64,000 nucleotides of DNA from Candidatus Kerfeldbacteria bacterium (GTDB taxonomy: Bacteria > Patescibacteriota > Patescibacteriia > SBBC01 > CAIJZX01). The stretch covers positions 91,981-155,980 of the forward strand of contig JACPSJ010000001.1 in assembly GCA_016193315.1 (NCBI GenBank), read 5' to 3'. The notes beneath the pieces were generated by a model. It ran no database searches and was not told the origin of the DNA. It was given only the letters and a program-made list of their open reading frames with translations. This document shows, piece after piece, positions 1-9,712 of the stretch; position 1 is the first letter of the stretch; each line of letters starts with the position of its first letter. The translations under genes were made by a program, and so were the position numbers.

Positions 1-261
1 CCGGAGGCTAGCGGTGGTGGACCACTTCGATTATTGCCTCGTCGTGGTCATCGCGGAGTCAACCATGCCACGGCGCTTCACTTCCGACAGCCCCAAGATT
101 GCAGTTGCCTTTTCCACATCACCTCGGCCTTGACCAAACCCAAAAAATCGGCTATCATACTTGTCCGGCCAGAAAAACAACTAACAACAAACCCGCCATC
201 GGGCGAAGAAGAGGCATCTAGTGCTGACGAATCTTCTCGGCCCGACGGTGCATGCCACCGT

Positions 262-537
262 ATGATTTTAACGTTGCGTATTCCTTGGATGTTGGTTGAT
301 GGGTCAACCGCCTCGGCCAGGCCGGTCTATGTTGCTTCCGGGCGCTACCGAGTTGAACGCATTCCCAATCCGGTGACCGGCCAAGGGTATTGGCTCGTCT
401 TGGCCGGGACAAAAGTCGGAGCCGCCGAAGAGTTTCTTCGGAGCCTCTGCCGTCCTGAACTTCAAGATTTCTCCGCCGTCATCGAGCCTGATCCACATTA
501 TCCGAAGACATGGACGGAGGACAATCCGCCGAACTAA
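262..537 (+). CDS. hypothetical protein. The start is uncertain: the 34..537 ORF is probably over-extended and MILTLR at 262 is proposed.
   Basis: ORF track 34..537. An upstream sigma70-like promoter, TTGACC-17-TATCAT at ~131-160, sits inside the long ORF version, suggesting a shorter CDS. No recognisable domain. Confidence 0.3.
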   Translation: MILTLRIPWMLVDGSTASARPVYVASGRYRVERIPNPVTGQGYWLVLAGTKVGAAEEFLRSLCRPELQDFSAVIEPDPHYPKTWTEDNPPN

Positions 538-615
538 GACCGGGACGGCCCGAAAGAGAACAATGCCAATCCAACCACCCCCAGCAAGGGGGCAGTCGTT
601 TCGTATTGTTCAAAA

Positions 616-942
616 TTACAACGCCGGTGTGGCCGGAGCAGCCGGCGCGGGCATTGACCCGCCGGTCATCTTTAAAGCATCCTTCAATGATTTTCCGGCC
701 TTAAACTTCGGCACCGTCACCGCCGGAATCTGTATCTTCTCACCGGGTTTCTGCGGGTTGACGCCCATCCGGGCCTCGCGCTTCTTGGTCATGAAAGTCC
801 CGAAGCCGGTGAGAGTGACTTCGCCGCCAGTCTTGAGCGTCTCGGTCACGATCTCTTCAAACGTGTTGAGCATATCTTCCGCTTGCTTCTTCGTGACGCC
901 GAGTTTCTCGGCCATCTTTTCCGCTAATTCGATTTTGTTCAT
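616..942 (-). CDS. hup: HU family DNA-binding protein
   Basis: 108 aa; MNKIELAEKMAEKLGVTKKQAE...FGTF...ARMGVNPQ is a typical HU/IHF signature. Strong RBS GGAGGTGA upstream of the ATG at 942. Confidence 0.9.
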   Translation of the reverse strand: MNKIELAEKMAEKLGVTKKQAEDMLNTFEEIVTETLKTGGEVTLTGFGTFMTKKREARMGVNPQKPGEKIQIPAVTVPKFKAGKSLKDALKMTGGSMPAPAAPATPAL

Positions 943-972
943 CCTCTCACCTCCTTCCAGGAATCTTGTTGA

Positions 973-1761
973 TTAGACTTCTATCTCGTGGTAGATACGT
1001 TCGATCTTAGTCGTCCGTCGCTCGGTGACCGTGGCGACCAACCCGTTGATCGCTACTAGTCCGTGTTCGGGGATGTCGAATGGACTCCGTTCGTCAGTCA
1101 AGAATCGGGCGATGGCCATGTCTTTGTCGACGCCGAGCGACGAATCCCGCAGGCCGACCATACCGACATCGGTCATATACCCGGTCCCGCCGGGCAAGAT
1201 CCGCGCGTCGGCCGTTGGGATGTGAGTGTGCGTGCCAACTACCAAGCTAACTTGTCCGTCAAGAAACCACCCCATGGCCACCTTCTCGCTCGTCGCCTCG
1301 GCATGGACATCAACGACGATCGCGTCGACATCCTGAGGTAAACGTGGCAACCCCTCTTTCATCACCCGAAAGAGACTATCCACAGGTTCAAAGTGCATGG
1401 CGTACTGACCCAGCAAGTTTATCACATGGACCCTTTTTTGGCCAAAGGTAAAGGTTTTTTGACCCTGGCCGGGCATGGTAGCCGGAATGTTCAGCGGCCG
1501 CACCAAAATGGTCGACGGCTCAGCCAGGAGTTCGCTTGCTTCCGGTTTGACAAAGAGGTGATCGCCGCCGGTGCCAATATCGACTCCGGCGACGACGATT
1601 TCCTGAAGCGTGCTGCGAGTTACTCCTTTACCGTGAGCCAGGTTTTCGACGTTGGCAATGACCACGTCGACGCCAAAGCGCCGCCGCAAGCCGGGCAGTA
1701 CTTTTTGGAGCGCCCGCCGGCCGGGTTTGCCGACGATGTCGCCCAGGAAAAGGATTTTCAC
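973..1761 (-). CDS. ymdB: YmdB-like 2',3'-cyclic-nucleotide 2'-phosphodiesterase (metallophosphoesterase, TIGR00282 family)
   Basis: 262 aa. N-terminal MKILFLGDIVGKPGR with GDH and GTHTH motifs typical of the YmdB calcineurin-like fold. GTG start. Immediately downstream of rny, as in Bacillus. Confidence 0.85.
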   Translation of the reverse strand: MKILFLGDIVGKPGRRALQKVLPGLRRRFGVDVVIANVENLAHGKGVTRSTLQEIVVAGVDIGTGGDHLFVKPEASELLAEPSTILVRPLNIPATMPGQGQKTFTFGQKRVHVINLLGQYAMHFEPVDSLFRVMKEGLPRLPQDVDAIVVDVHAEATSEKVAMGWFLDGQVSLVVGTHTHIPTADARILPGGTGYMTDVGMVGLRDSSLGVDKDMAIARFLTDERSPFDIPEHGLVAINGLVATVTERRTTKIERIYHEIEV

Positions 1762-1830
1762 GAGGAAAATCCTTTTCCTGCCCCAGCCCCAACCCCTCCC
1801 CTGGAAGGGGAGGGGCGGTCGGGAGGGGTG

Positions 1831-3399
1831 CTATCGAGCATACTGAACGACACGCTTTTCCCTGACCACCATCACCTTGATCTCACCTGGATACTGCATT
1901 TCCTTCTCGATTCGGGCTGCGATCTCCTGCGCCATCTTCATGGCCGCAAAGTCGTCTATCTGCTCGGGCTTGACGAAGACCCGGACTTCTCGTCCGGCTT
2001 GGATGGCGAAGGCCCGCTCGACGCCGGCATATGACTTGGCAATAGTTTCCAGTTCATTGAGTCGCTGGACGTAGTTCTCATACGTCCCCTTGCGGGCGCC
2101 TGGCCGAGCGCCAGACAAAGCATCGGCCGATTTGACTACTGCCTGTTCGACGGTCTGCGGGATGTCCTCGTGGTGGGCGATGGCCATCTGCGCAATGTCC
2201 TCGGGCAGGCCGTACTTCCTCATGATTTCGTAGCCGATCTGGGTGTGGGCGCCCTGGACTTCGTGGTCAATGGCCTTGCCGATATCGTGGAGCAAGCCGC
2301 CTTTCTTGGCGACGTTGACGTTGGCCCCGAGTTCCTCGGCGATGAGACCAGATAACAACCCGACTTCCACGGCGTGCTGGAGCTGGTTTTGGCCGTAGCT
2401 GGTTCGGTACTTCAGGCGCCCGAGAAGTTGCAGCAGCCGTGGATCGAGGCCGGTCACGCCGACTTCATACGCCGCTTGCTCGCCAGCCTTCTTCATTTCG
2501 CTGGCCATTTCTTTCTTGATCTGCTCAATCGTTTCTTCGATCCGGCCGGGATGAATGCGACCGTCAACCATCAGTTTTTCCAACACCCGCTTAGCCAGGT
2601 GGCGACGGACAAGGTTGAAACCGGAGATGATGATCGACTCCGGGGTTTCGTCAATGATGATTTCTACGCCGGTCAAGTTCTCGAGGGCCTTGATGTTCCG
2701 CCCCTCCTTGCCGATGATCCGACCCTTCATTTCCTCGTTCGGCAAATCGACGACCGTGGTGTTCGATTCGGCCGACATCGGCGAGGCCAACCGCTGCATG
2801 GCGGTCGCCAGTATTTTTCGAGTTTCCGTTTCGATCTGTTCCTCGGCCGTCTGTTGCAATTTTCGGAGACGGGCCAGGAGTTCTTCCTTGGCCCGCAACT
2901 CAGCGTTTTCCATGAGTGTCCGTCGCGCCTCATCCATTGATAACTCAGCTACCCTTTCCAGTTTCCGCAGCTGTTCTTCTCGTATTTTTTGAATTTCCTC
3001 TTTCAGTTGGTCGAGCCGGGCCGACTTGTCACCAGCCTCCTTCTGTTTCTGCTCGAGCTCGAGCAACTTGGCGTCGAACAGCGACTCGCGTTTTTCCAGA
3101 CGATTCTGGAGGTGGTTCAGCTCAGCCCGACGCGTCACCTCCTCCTGCTTGGCATCGTCAGCCACTTTCAAAGCCTGATCTTTGGCTTTGATCAGCAATT
3201 CTCGTTCTTTGTTCCGGGCCTCGGCAATGATGGCCCGGGCTTTGGCTTCAGCCGACTGGGCTTCGCGGATGGCCCAGGCGCGGCGAAGAAAATATCCGGC
3301 GATAATGCCAGCCGGGATGCCGACCAGCGCAATCAGTGCCCATAAAACGGTGATGGACATACGGTACGGATGGTAAGTCAGTAAAGCCAACACCATCAA
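1831..3399 (-). CDS. rny: ribonuclease Y (N-terminal TM helix, coiled coil, KH and HD domains)
   Basis: 522 aa. TM segment at the N-terminus, a long coiled coil, a KH motif (IIGKEGRNIKALE) and an HD motif (LLHDIGK). The exact start is uncertain; an alternative ATG lies at ~3360. Confidence 0.9.
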   Translation of the reverse strand: MMVLALLTYHPYRMSITVLWALIALVGIPAGIIAGYFLRRAWAIREAQSAEAKARAIIAEARNKERELLIKAKDQALKVADDAKQEEVTRRAELNHLQNRLEKRESLFDAKLLELEQKQKEAGDKSARLDQLKEEIQKIREEQLRKLERVAELSMDEARRTLMENAELRAKEELLARLRKLQQTAEEQIETETRKILATAMQRLASPMSAESNTTVVDLPNEEMKGRIIGKEGRNIKALENLTGVEIIIDETPESIIISGFNLVRRHLAKRVLEKLMVDGRIHPGRIEETIEQIKKEMASEMKKAGEQAAYEVGVTGLDPRLLQLLGRLKYRTSYGQNQLQHAVEVGLLSGLIAEELGANVNVAKKGGLLHDIGKAIDHEVQGAHTQIGYEIMRKYGLPEDIAQMAIAHHEDIPQTVEQAVVKSADALSGARPGARKGTYENYVQRLNELETIAKSYAGVERAFAIQAGREVRVFVKPEQIDDFAAMKMAQEIAARIEKEMQYPGEIKVMVVREKRVVQYAR

Positions 3400-4585
3400 C
3401 CGGTGACCGGGGATTGTGCGTAACGGTTCGTTGGGTCAACATGACGGCGTTGGAAATCGAAAATAGACTGGGCGTAGTCTACCACACTTCGACCGGACTG
3501 ACAAGCCGGCTCTTTAGAGGTTTGCTGGTGGATAAGAAAGGCGCCGAGCTGGGCTCGACGCCGGTACGAAGTTGCAGGTTGCGCTGCTGGCTAGGCCTTG
3601 CAGGCCTGGTGGAGTTCTCGCACTTCCCCGAGACAGGAGGCGTCCGGAAGCGACCTCCCGAACAGCTCGAGAAGGGGCGGCAAGCCATGCCTGAGCTGCT
3701 CGACATCTGCTCTGCTCAGGTCCCGCACGGTCGCCCGCCTACTCGGGTCCGGGTGCTTCACGATGTGCCTCGCTGCGAGTTCACGGAGCCGGGCGGCTTG
3801 AGCTTCCCCGCCCCCCGCCCGCTGGGCTCGCAGACACTCTGTCATCGCGTCACGAATCTCCGTCAGCTGCCCCGCTGTTGCCACTCCAGCGGCACTCATC
3901 GTTTCACTGTTTCTGTTGCCCGTGCCGTTGGCGCGGGCGCTAGAGTCGTTTCCATACGAGTCTCCTACAGGAAGAGGAGTGTTCCTCACAAAATGAGAGG
4001 AACGGAACAGAAACGGTGTCTACTTGCCTCTTACGAGGCGCTGTTCAGCAATACAGCCTCCTTCCTATCGCCGTCCGGGCGATGTGGGGCGAGGCGAAGC
4101 CACGCATATTGCGACAATCGTTGAAGGAGCCTTTTGGAGGGTGGGGACGCGGAGTACTCCGCGGAAGTCAAACCGTGGAGGTCTGGGCAGACGAGTCGGA
4201 CCGCCCATTTTCCACAGGGACCCGGAGGCCCTTTCCTGTCGTTTGACCGGAGACTGGCGCCCCCCAACCCTCCATTTGATTTTGTAGTGTTCACTGTACT
4301 CGGAACCGAAAGTTTGTCAACCCAGTACCACTTTTATGGCACCCCAAAAGTGGTGCTGGGTCAACTCCTAGTGGTGTATGTAAGCGAAAAACGCCCTTTT
4401 TGACCCAGCCTGGGGCAAAAAGATTAGAATCCATTCAAAACCTCATTTCGGCTGCACCGGGCGTATTCGGGCTGCGGCTGGTGGCTCGGGCTCACCGTAG
4501 TTCCCACTACGCTTCGCCCTCCGCCACGGCGTCTCGCCCGCGAATCCGCCCGTTTCGCCAATGAAAGCAGGTTTTGAAATGAGTT

Positions 4586-5191
4586 CTAGTGTTTCTGATC
4601 GATGATTTTGTCGATCAAGCCGTACTTTTTGGCCTCGGCTGGATCCATGAAGAAGTCGCGGTCGGAGTCGTGGTCGACCGTTTTGAGACTTTGGCCGGTG
4701 TGCTTGGCCAGCAATTGGTTGAGACGATCTTTTAGTTTCAAGATCCGTTCCGCCCGAATCTTGATGTCTGAAGCCTGGCCTTCGGTGCCGCCCATGATCT
4801 GGTGGATGAGAATTTCGGCGTTCGGTAGGGCGAATCGCTTACCCTTCGTGCCAGCCGCCAAGAGCAGTGCCCCCATCGAAGCCGCCATGCCGACGCAGAT
4901 CGTCTGGACATCCGGTTTGACGTACTGCATGGTGTCGTAGATGCCGAGGCCAGCGCTGACTGAGCCGCCGGGGGTGTTGATGTAGACTTTGATGTCTTTC
5001 TGCTTGTCTTCGCTGTCGAGGAACAGGAGCTGGGCGATGACCAAGTTGGCGACGTGGTCGTCGATCGGCGTGCCGACGAAAATGATCCGTTCCTTCAGCA
5101 GCCGCGAGTAGATGTCAAAGGCCCGTTCGCCGTAGGTGGTCTTCTCGAGGACGGTGGGGATGAGGAGTTGGTTGCGGATGTCTTTTATCAT
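4586..5191 (-). CDS. clpP: ATP-dependent Clp protease proteolytic subunit
   Basis: 201 aa. Full-length similarity to ClpP, with catalytic Ser (GMAASMGA), His (IHQ) and Asp. Confidence 0.9.
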   Translation of the reverse strand: MIKDIRNQLLIPTVLEKTTYGERAFDIYSRLLKERIIFVGTPIDDHVANLVIAQLLFLDSEDKQKDIKVYINTPGGSVSAGLGIYDTMQYVKPDVQTICVGMAASMGALLLAAGTKGKRFALPNAEILIHQIMGGTEGQASDIKIRAERILKLKDRLNQLLAKHTGQSLKTVDHDSDRDFFMDPAEAKKYGLIDKIIDQKH

Positions 5192-5232
5192 ATCGGCATT
5201 AGTATAAGGGAGGCCCGATGATCTGACAATAC

Positions 5233-5982
5233 CTAGTCACGCGATTTGGTGATCCGTGATACCTGCCACATGATTTCGAACAGGTTTTTCTGTGTTTGGT
5301 AGAAATCTTCCGATTCGATGATCATGCCGAAGTTTTCCTTTTCGGTGCCGATTAAGCCGACTTTATTGTCATAGAGGTACTGGGTCATCGGAAAAACGAA
5401 ATCAGCCGGAGCATAACGCAGTGTTCGACTCTCAGTCACGCTCGTTGGCCACGTTTCCTCGATTTCTTTTATTTCCGAACGCATGACGCGTAGTTGAATA
5501 CCCGCCTTAATCCGTCGCACGACGTAATCATCCATAAATCCTTTACCAGGAATTTTGTAGAGATCAGCCATCGACAAAATCCCGCGGAGCTGCTTATCGC
5601 TAACCGTCAGAGTGTCTTCAAAGACCGTTTTAACCCCGGCCAGACCATCGTAAACCCTGATTTTTGGACGGCGGCCTTTCGTACTTACGAGCGACTTCAA
5701 TTCGGGCAAGACGGAAGCCAAACTACGTTCCTTGTCTTTGAGTAGCGCCTTAAGCTTCTCCGGTGATTCGGCGCTGTAGATGCGAGCCCGGCCCTTAGTC
5801 ACATAACTAACGAGCGCCATCGCGGCTAAGGCGTCGAGAATTTCAATCACCGTCGTCCGCGGTAACCTGGCCTTGGTGGCTATCTCCAGGGCTGTGCCCG
5901 AACCGGTTTCCAGACTAGCCAAGTAGACAACGCCCTTGTTTTTCTTCAGTCCTAACTCATCAAGAACCTGTTGGATGGCCAT
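5233..5982 (-). CDS. TrmB-family transcriptional regulator (wHTH N-terminus + C-terminal domain)
   Basis: 249 aa. N-terminus [35 protein letters not shown] is a TrmB-like winged HTH. A paralog lies at 26445..27215. Divergent AT-rich promoter region at 5983-6177. Confidence 0.6.
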   Translation of the reverse strand: MAIQQVLDELGLKKNKGVVYLASLETGSGTALEIATKARLPRTTVIEILDALAAMALVSYVTKGRARIYSAESPEKLKALLKDKERSLASVLPELKSLVSTKGRRPKIRVYDGLAGVKTVFEDTLTVSDKQLRGILSMADLYKIPGKGFMDDYVVRRIKAGIQLRVMRSEIKEIEETWPTSVTESRTLRYAPADFVFPMTQYLYDNKVGLIGTEKENFGMIIESEDFYQTQKNLFEIMWQVSRITKSRD

Positions 5983-6177
5983 TACAGTGCCTTATGTCGA
6001 TTATTTCCGACGACAGTAACGATATCATACTTGGCTAATATAAGTAAATAAATCAATATCATTAACTTAGGCCAGTGGTTTTGTCCGGAAATGATTGACA
6101 GTTCGTTTGAATAAGTATATGCTGGCTTGTTCAAAATCGAAACCGCTAACATACGAACCTTTCCAAAGGAGACCACG

Positions 6178-6498
6178 ATGCGCTGCCTGGTAGTCATTCA
6201 AGGTCGCACCGGCGATGTCTCGGCAGTGTGTGCCAAGGAACCGATCCAACCCGAGGACCTGGCGCTTGATGAAAGAGCAGGCGAGCAGATCGTCGGCAGT
6301 TTCAAACTCAACCTCCGGGCAGACGAGGAGCGTGCCCTGGACGTTCTAGAACAGATCGGACAGGAGGCAGATTCCTTCGGCGAAGGATTAGCGGACCTCA
6401 TGGCCAGATGTTTTGAGCTCGGTCGGCTGTATGCCGCACTTCATAATTCACCGCCTCTCTTGGAAGCGTGGAAGAAAAGGAAACTGCATGGTTTCTAG
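6178..6498 (+). CDS. hypothetical protein
   Basis: RBS AAAGGAGACCACG before the ATG at 6178; the ORF-track version starts further upstream. TTGACA-17-TATGCT promoter at ~6098-6126. No recognisable domain. Confidence 0.4.
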   Translation: MRCLVVIQGRTGDVSAVCAKEPIQPEDLALDERAGEQIVGSFKLNLRADEERALDVLEQIGQEADSFGEGLADLMARCFELGRLYAALHNSPPLLEAWKKRKLHGF

Positions 6499-6522
6499 TA
6501 GAGACGAACCCCGCTGCCCTTA

Positions 6523-6555
6523 GGACCGACAATTCATCGTCGGTCCTTTTCTTTT
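6523..6555 (+). terminator. rho-independent terminator (GGACCGAC...GTCGGTCC + TTTTCTTTT)
   Basis: 8-bp perfect stem, 8-nt loop, then a T-tract, directly after the stop of the 6178..6498 CDS. Confidence 0.55.
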
Positions 6556-6823
6556 ACCAACCTTGATTTTGAGAAACATAGAAAAAGCGCTGGTCTGCGC
6601 CGCGCTAGTCGAAGAAGGTTCGGTCGGCCCAATCGATTAACCGTTCACTCGTTTGTTCGTTGATCAGGCCGATCGTCCAAGCGATCGCTACCAGCACCGC
6701 CATGAGCAGGCCCACAACTGAATCCTCCACTGGTGACGAGTTCTTTTTATCTTAGTTAGCAGTGACTGTCAATGTCCGATCATCCCGACCAGATGGTCGG
6801 GCGAGGATTGCGTAGCGACCACG

Positions 6824-7870
6824 CTATCGGTCAGTCCCGGCTGGTATAATTCGCCATCCGTGTTTTGTTTCCACCAACTGGCCACGGATTTGAAACCCCG
6901 CCGCTTTCGGATGACCACCACCACCGAACTCGGCCGCCATATCGGTAACATTGACGTTCGGATCATTGGTGCGTAGGCTGGCTTTGATAATTCCGCCTGG
7001 CCGTTCGGATAGGACCAACGACAGGCGACCCTCGCGGAGACCATTGAGGAAATTGGCAATCCCGGTCATGGCCCGGTCGTCGAGGCCGAGCTCAGAAAAA
7101 TCCTGTTCGGTCAGCACGGTCGATACCAGACCGGTTTGCGGATTGAGCCGCAGTCGCGACAACGCCCGGCCCCAAAGCTTAAGCGTGCCCAAACTTTTGT
7201 TTTTCATGGTCGCCTCGGTAATGGTCCGGTGTTGGGCGCCTTTGGCCATCAGTTGGGCGGCCACCTCGAGCGAGTGTTGGCTGGTGCCCTGATTGGTGAA
7301 ATGTCCGGTGTCGGTCAGGATGCCAGTCAAAAGACAGGTGGCCAGGTAGCGATCAAGCGGAACAGCCAGTGCGTCAAACAAGTGCCACAACATTTCGGTG
7401 GTCGACCCAGCCTGGGTGTCGATAATGTGGTGGTCAACGGCCGATCGTCCCTGCCATTCGGAAACGGTCGGATGGTGATCGATATTGAGAACCTTGGTGC
7501 GGCCAGGGTTGCGTTTGATGAACTCGGCGACGAGCGGAGTTCGTTTCAAGTCGCCCGCGTCGAAAATCATAATCAGGTGGTAGTCGTGGATGGAGTCCGG
7601 CAGATCGCGCATGATCGGGTGGGCGGCGGTCAGGTACGAGAACATCGATGGGACTGCGTCCGGCGAGTAGCAAAATGGCTGCTTGCCAAAATGCTTTAAC
7701 GCCCGGGCCATGGCCACCATCGAGCCCAGACTGTCGCCGTCCGGCTCCTTGGTGATGGTTAAAAGAATCCGGTTGGCCGGGGTGACGAGCTGGCGGAAAC
7801 GCTGGGCGTGATGATGGTAAGGTTGAATCATGAAGCCAGGGAATGTATCGTATCTGCTGGCTCTGGTCAA
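6824..7870 (-). CDS. nrnA: DHH/DHHA1 family phosphoesterase (NrnA-like oligoribonuclease / pAp phosphatase)
   Basis: 348 aa. DHH motif (NIDHHPT), DHHA1 GGGH motif (FGGGGHPKAAGF). Confidence 0.8.
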   Translation of the reverse strand: MTRASRYDTFPGFMIQPYHHHAQRFRQLVTPANRILLTITKEPDGDSLGSMVAMARALKHFGKQPFCYSPDAVPSMFSYLTAAHPIMRDLPDSIHDYHLIMIFDAGDLKRTPLVAEFIKRNPGRTKVLNIDHHPTVSEWQGRSAVDHHIIDTQAGSTTEMLWHLFDALAVPLDRYLATCLLTGILTDTGHFTNQGTSQHSLEVAAQLMAKGAQHRTITEATMKNKSLGTLKLWGRALSRLRLNPQTGLVSTVLTEQDFSELGLDDRAMTGIANFLNGLREGRLSLVLSERPGGIIKASLRTNDPNVNVTDMAAEFGGGGHPKAAGFQIRGQLVETKHGWRIIPAGTDR

Positions 7871-8044
7871 CTATTTGGGTATTGACTTTTCCGTCAGGAT
7901 GTCTTAAATACCCTTGTTCACTGTTTTCTTAGTGAACAGCGCTGTTTAACAATTGTCTCGGATGGAACGTCCTGAGAAACGCTCGGGAATGGCCACTGGG
8001 ACACGTCCGCTCGGCGATGCAGGTCGCTGGGTTTGGAGGACGTC

Positions 8045-8986
8045 ATGAAACTCGAGGAGCGATTTCCGCACCTGCCGAGTCTGTTGGGGGATTGCCCGCG
8101 CTGCATCAGTCGGGCCGGAGTCGATGAACCGCGAAGTCTCACATCTCCTGCCTGGTTGCTAGCTAACTTGGGCTTACTTGCCGTGGCGGTTATCTTTCCG
8201 TTCGCGGTCGTTGAGGGGTTGCGGGCAAGCTCGGCCCTGGAAATCCCCCGGCTTATCCCGTCCCTGACTGCGGGGATTCTCGTGGTCGCGCTGGAGGCCG
8301 CTCTTTCCACCTGGCACTTCCCATTCAAGATGAACGGGAAGTTGCACATACACCGCCAGGATCCGCGGAAAGAGCTGCTCGGCAACGCCGACTATGCCTG
8401 GGTCAAGAACGAGCACGAGCCGTCATCCGCTCCGTACAGGATCGAGGGCCCGATCTTCCGTTTCCGGAACGGCGGGTACTTCTTCAAGGTTCTCTACCGA
8501 CTCTTCCGGCGCCGCGACCCGAACCGCATCTTCTGGCCTTCCCACGGGACGACGGCCGACGTCGTCCAGCCCATGCGGATCTCCGACGGCTCCACCATCT
8601 ACAACGTGGTGCTGATCAGTGAAAACCCCAGGGTCAAGGACTCTCGCAACGTGCCGCTCGAGAAGGCGCTCGAGATCGCTTCAGAGTGGTGCCGACTCGG
8701 TTCTTACCTGGACCATGTCGATCAGGAGAGCGGATGGTTCCAGGGGCTCCGGCTGAGTCACGCCGCGGTGGTCAAGTACCTAAACTCCAACCGTGATCGG
8801 CGGGGCTCTCCGGTCGGCCAACATGCCCGGGAGCTGCTGGAAGTGGCACTGGCCGATCTGGGCGTCGACTTCACTGCTTCACGGGGGCCTCTGACCGAGG
8901 CGCGCGTGGCGGAGCATCTAGGGAGGCTAGAGCAGCTGATCGCCGAACGGACGGTCAAGGAAGCCGAGACGGTTCCCGCCGGGTAG
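8045..8986 (+). CDS. hypothetical membrane protein (two N-terminal TM helices, soluble C-terminal domain)
   Basis: ORF track 8033 (TTG) ..8986. An ATG at 8045 is preceded by GGAGGA. Hydrophobic segments LLANLGLLAVAVIFPFAVV and LTAGILVVALEAALS. No recognisable domain. Confidence 0.5.
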   Translation: MKLEERFPHLPSLLGDCPRCISRAGVDEPRSLTSPAWLLANLGLLAVAVIFPFAVVEGLRASSALEIPRLIPSLTAGILVVALEAALSTWHFPFKMNGKLHIHRQDPRKELLGNADYAWVKNEHEPSSAPYRIEGPIFRFRNGGYFFKVLYRLFRRRDPNRIFWPSHGTTADVVQPMRISDGSTIYNVVLISENPRVKDSRNVPLEKALEIASEWCRLGSYLDHVDQESGWFQGLRLSHAAVVKYLNSNRDRRGSPVGQHARELLEVALADLGVDFTASRGPLTEARVAEHLGRLEQLIAERTVKEAETVPAG

Positions 8987-9021
8987 AACTTTCAGCCTTC
9001 AGCCTGTAGGTAAAAGCAGGC

Positions 9022-9054
9022 GACGGTCGTGCGATGAGCATGGCCGTTTTTTTG
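9022..9054 (+). terminator. candidate rho-independent terminator
   Basis: ACGGTC...GGCCGT imperfect stem followed by TTTTTTT, ~35 nt after the 8986 stop. Confidence 0.4.
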
Positions 9055-9264
9055 TGAGTGCTCAGTCCACAAATCCCAAGTATCCAAGGAAGGACCAATC
9101 ATAGAAATCTCAATGACCGAATATGGATTAATGCGATCAGCCTGAAGACCGAACGCAGGCAACGACAAGACTAGCGACTCTCGAACATTGGAGCTTCGAA
9201 CTTGAGTCTTCCTCGGGATTTGGTGTTTGGAATTTGAGATTTTGGTACTAGTGGTGGCAGGGTG

Positions 9265-9690
9265 TCAGACGGGTTTTTGGCCCGTACCCTGCGGCGCATT
9301 GGGATCCGGAGTCTCCTCAGCCAACGAATCCAACAACTTCGTAACCTGCTCCGTCCGTACCGGCTGCTCGTCCAGGAGAAAGGTGATTTTCGGCACGAAC
9401 TTCATGACCAGGCGCTTATTGAGGAGATGTTGAAGGTCGCCAATTCGATGGCTGAGCGTCGATAACACTTCATCCTGATACTCCGCCGGCATGACCGAGA
9501 CCCAAACTTTGGCGCTTTCTGCGTCACGCGCCACCTTAACTTTCGTCACCGTCACCATATACTCCCGCGGCCATTCGATTTCGCGGGCTAGCAACGACGC
9601 CACTTCCTGCTGTAGGAGGCGGTTCAGTTTCTCGACCCGTCGGGAGCCATTCTCGGCGGGCGGCTGGCCGATCGAGGGTACGAGATCCAT
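9265..9690 (-). CDS. rbfA: ribosome-binding factor A. The start is trimmed to an internal Met; the ORF track extends to 9780.
   Basis: RbfA-like core (KLNRLLQQEVASLLAREIEW...VTVTKVKVARDAESAKVWVSV) with a C-terminal extension. Lies directly downstream of infB. Confidence 0.75.
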   Translation of the reverse strand: MDLVPSIGQPPAENGSRRVEKLNRLLQQEVASLLAREIEWPREYMVTVTKVKVARDAESAKVWVSVMPAEYQDEVLSTLSHRIGDLQHLLNKRLVMKFVPKITFLLDEQPVRTEQVTKLLDSLAEETPDPNAPQGTGQKPV

Positions 9691-9712
9691 AGGCGCTAGT
9701 CGCCCTGCTAGT

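Noticed and set aside
563-976. 137-aa + strand ORF
   Set aside because: Entirely antisense to the well-supported HU gene, and the translation is low complexity.
3414-4124. 236-aa + strand ORF in the rny-clpP gap
   Set aside because: The translation is Arg/Cys/Pro-rich junk, typical of out-of-frame GC-rich sequence. No RBS and no domain. Kept only as a finding about the region.
6600-6700. 32-aa minus-strand micro-ORF (MAVLVAIAWTIGLINEQTSERLIDWADRTFFD)
   Set aside because: The nearest SD-like sequence is 18 nt from the ATG and there is no supporting evidence. Too short to call.
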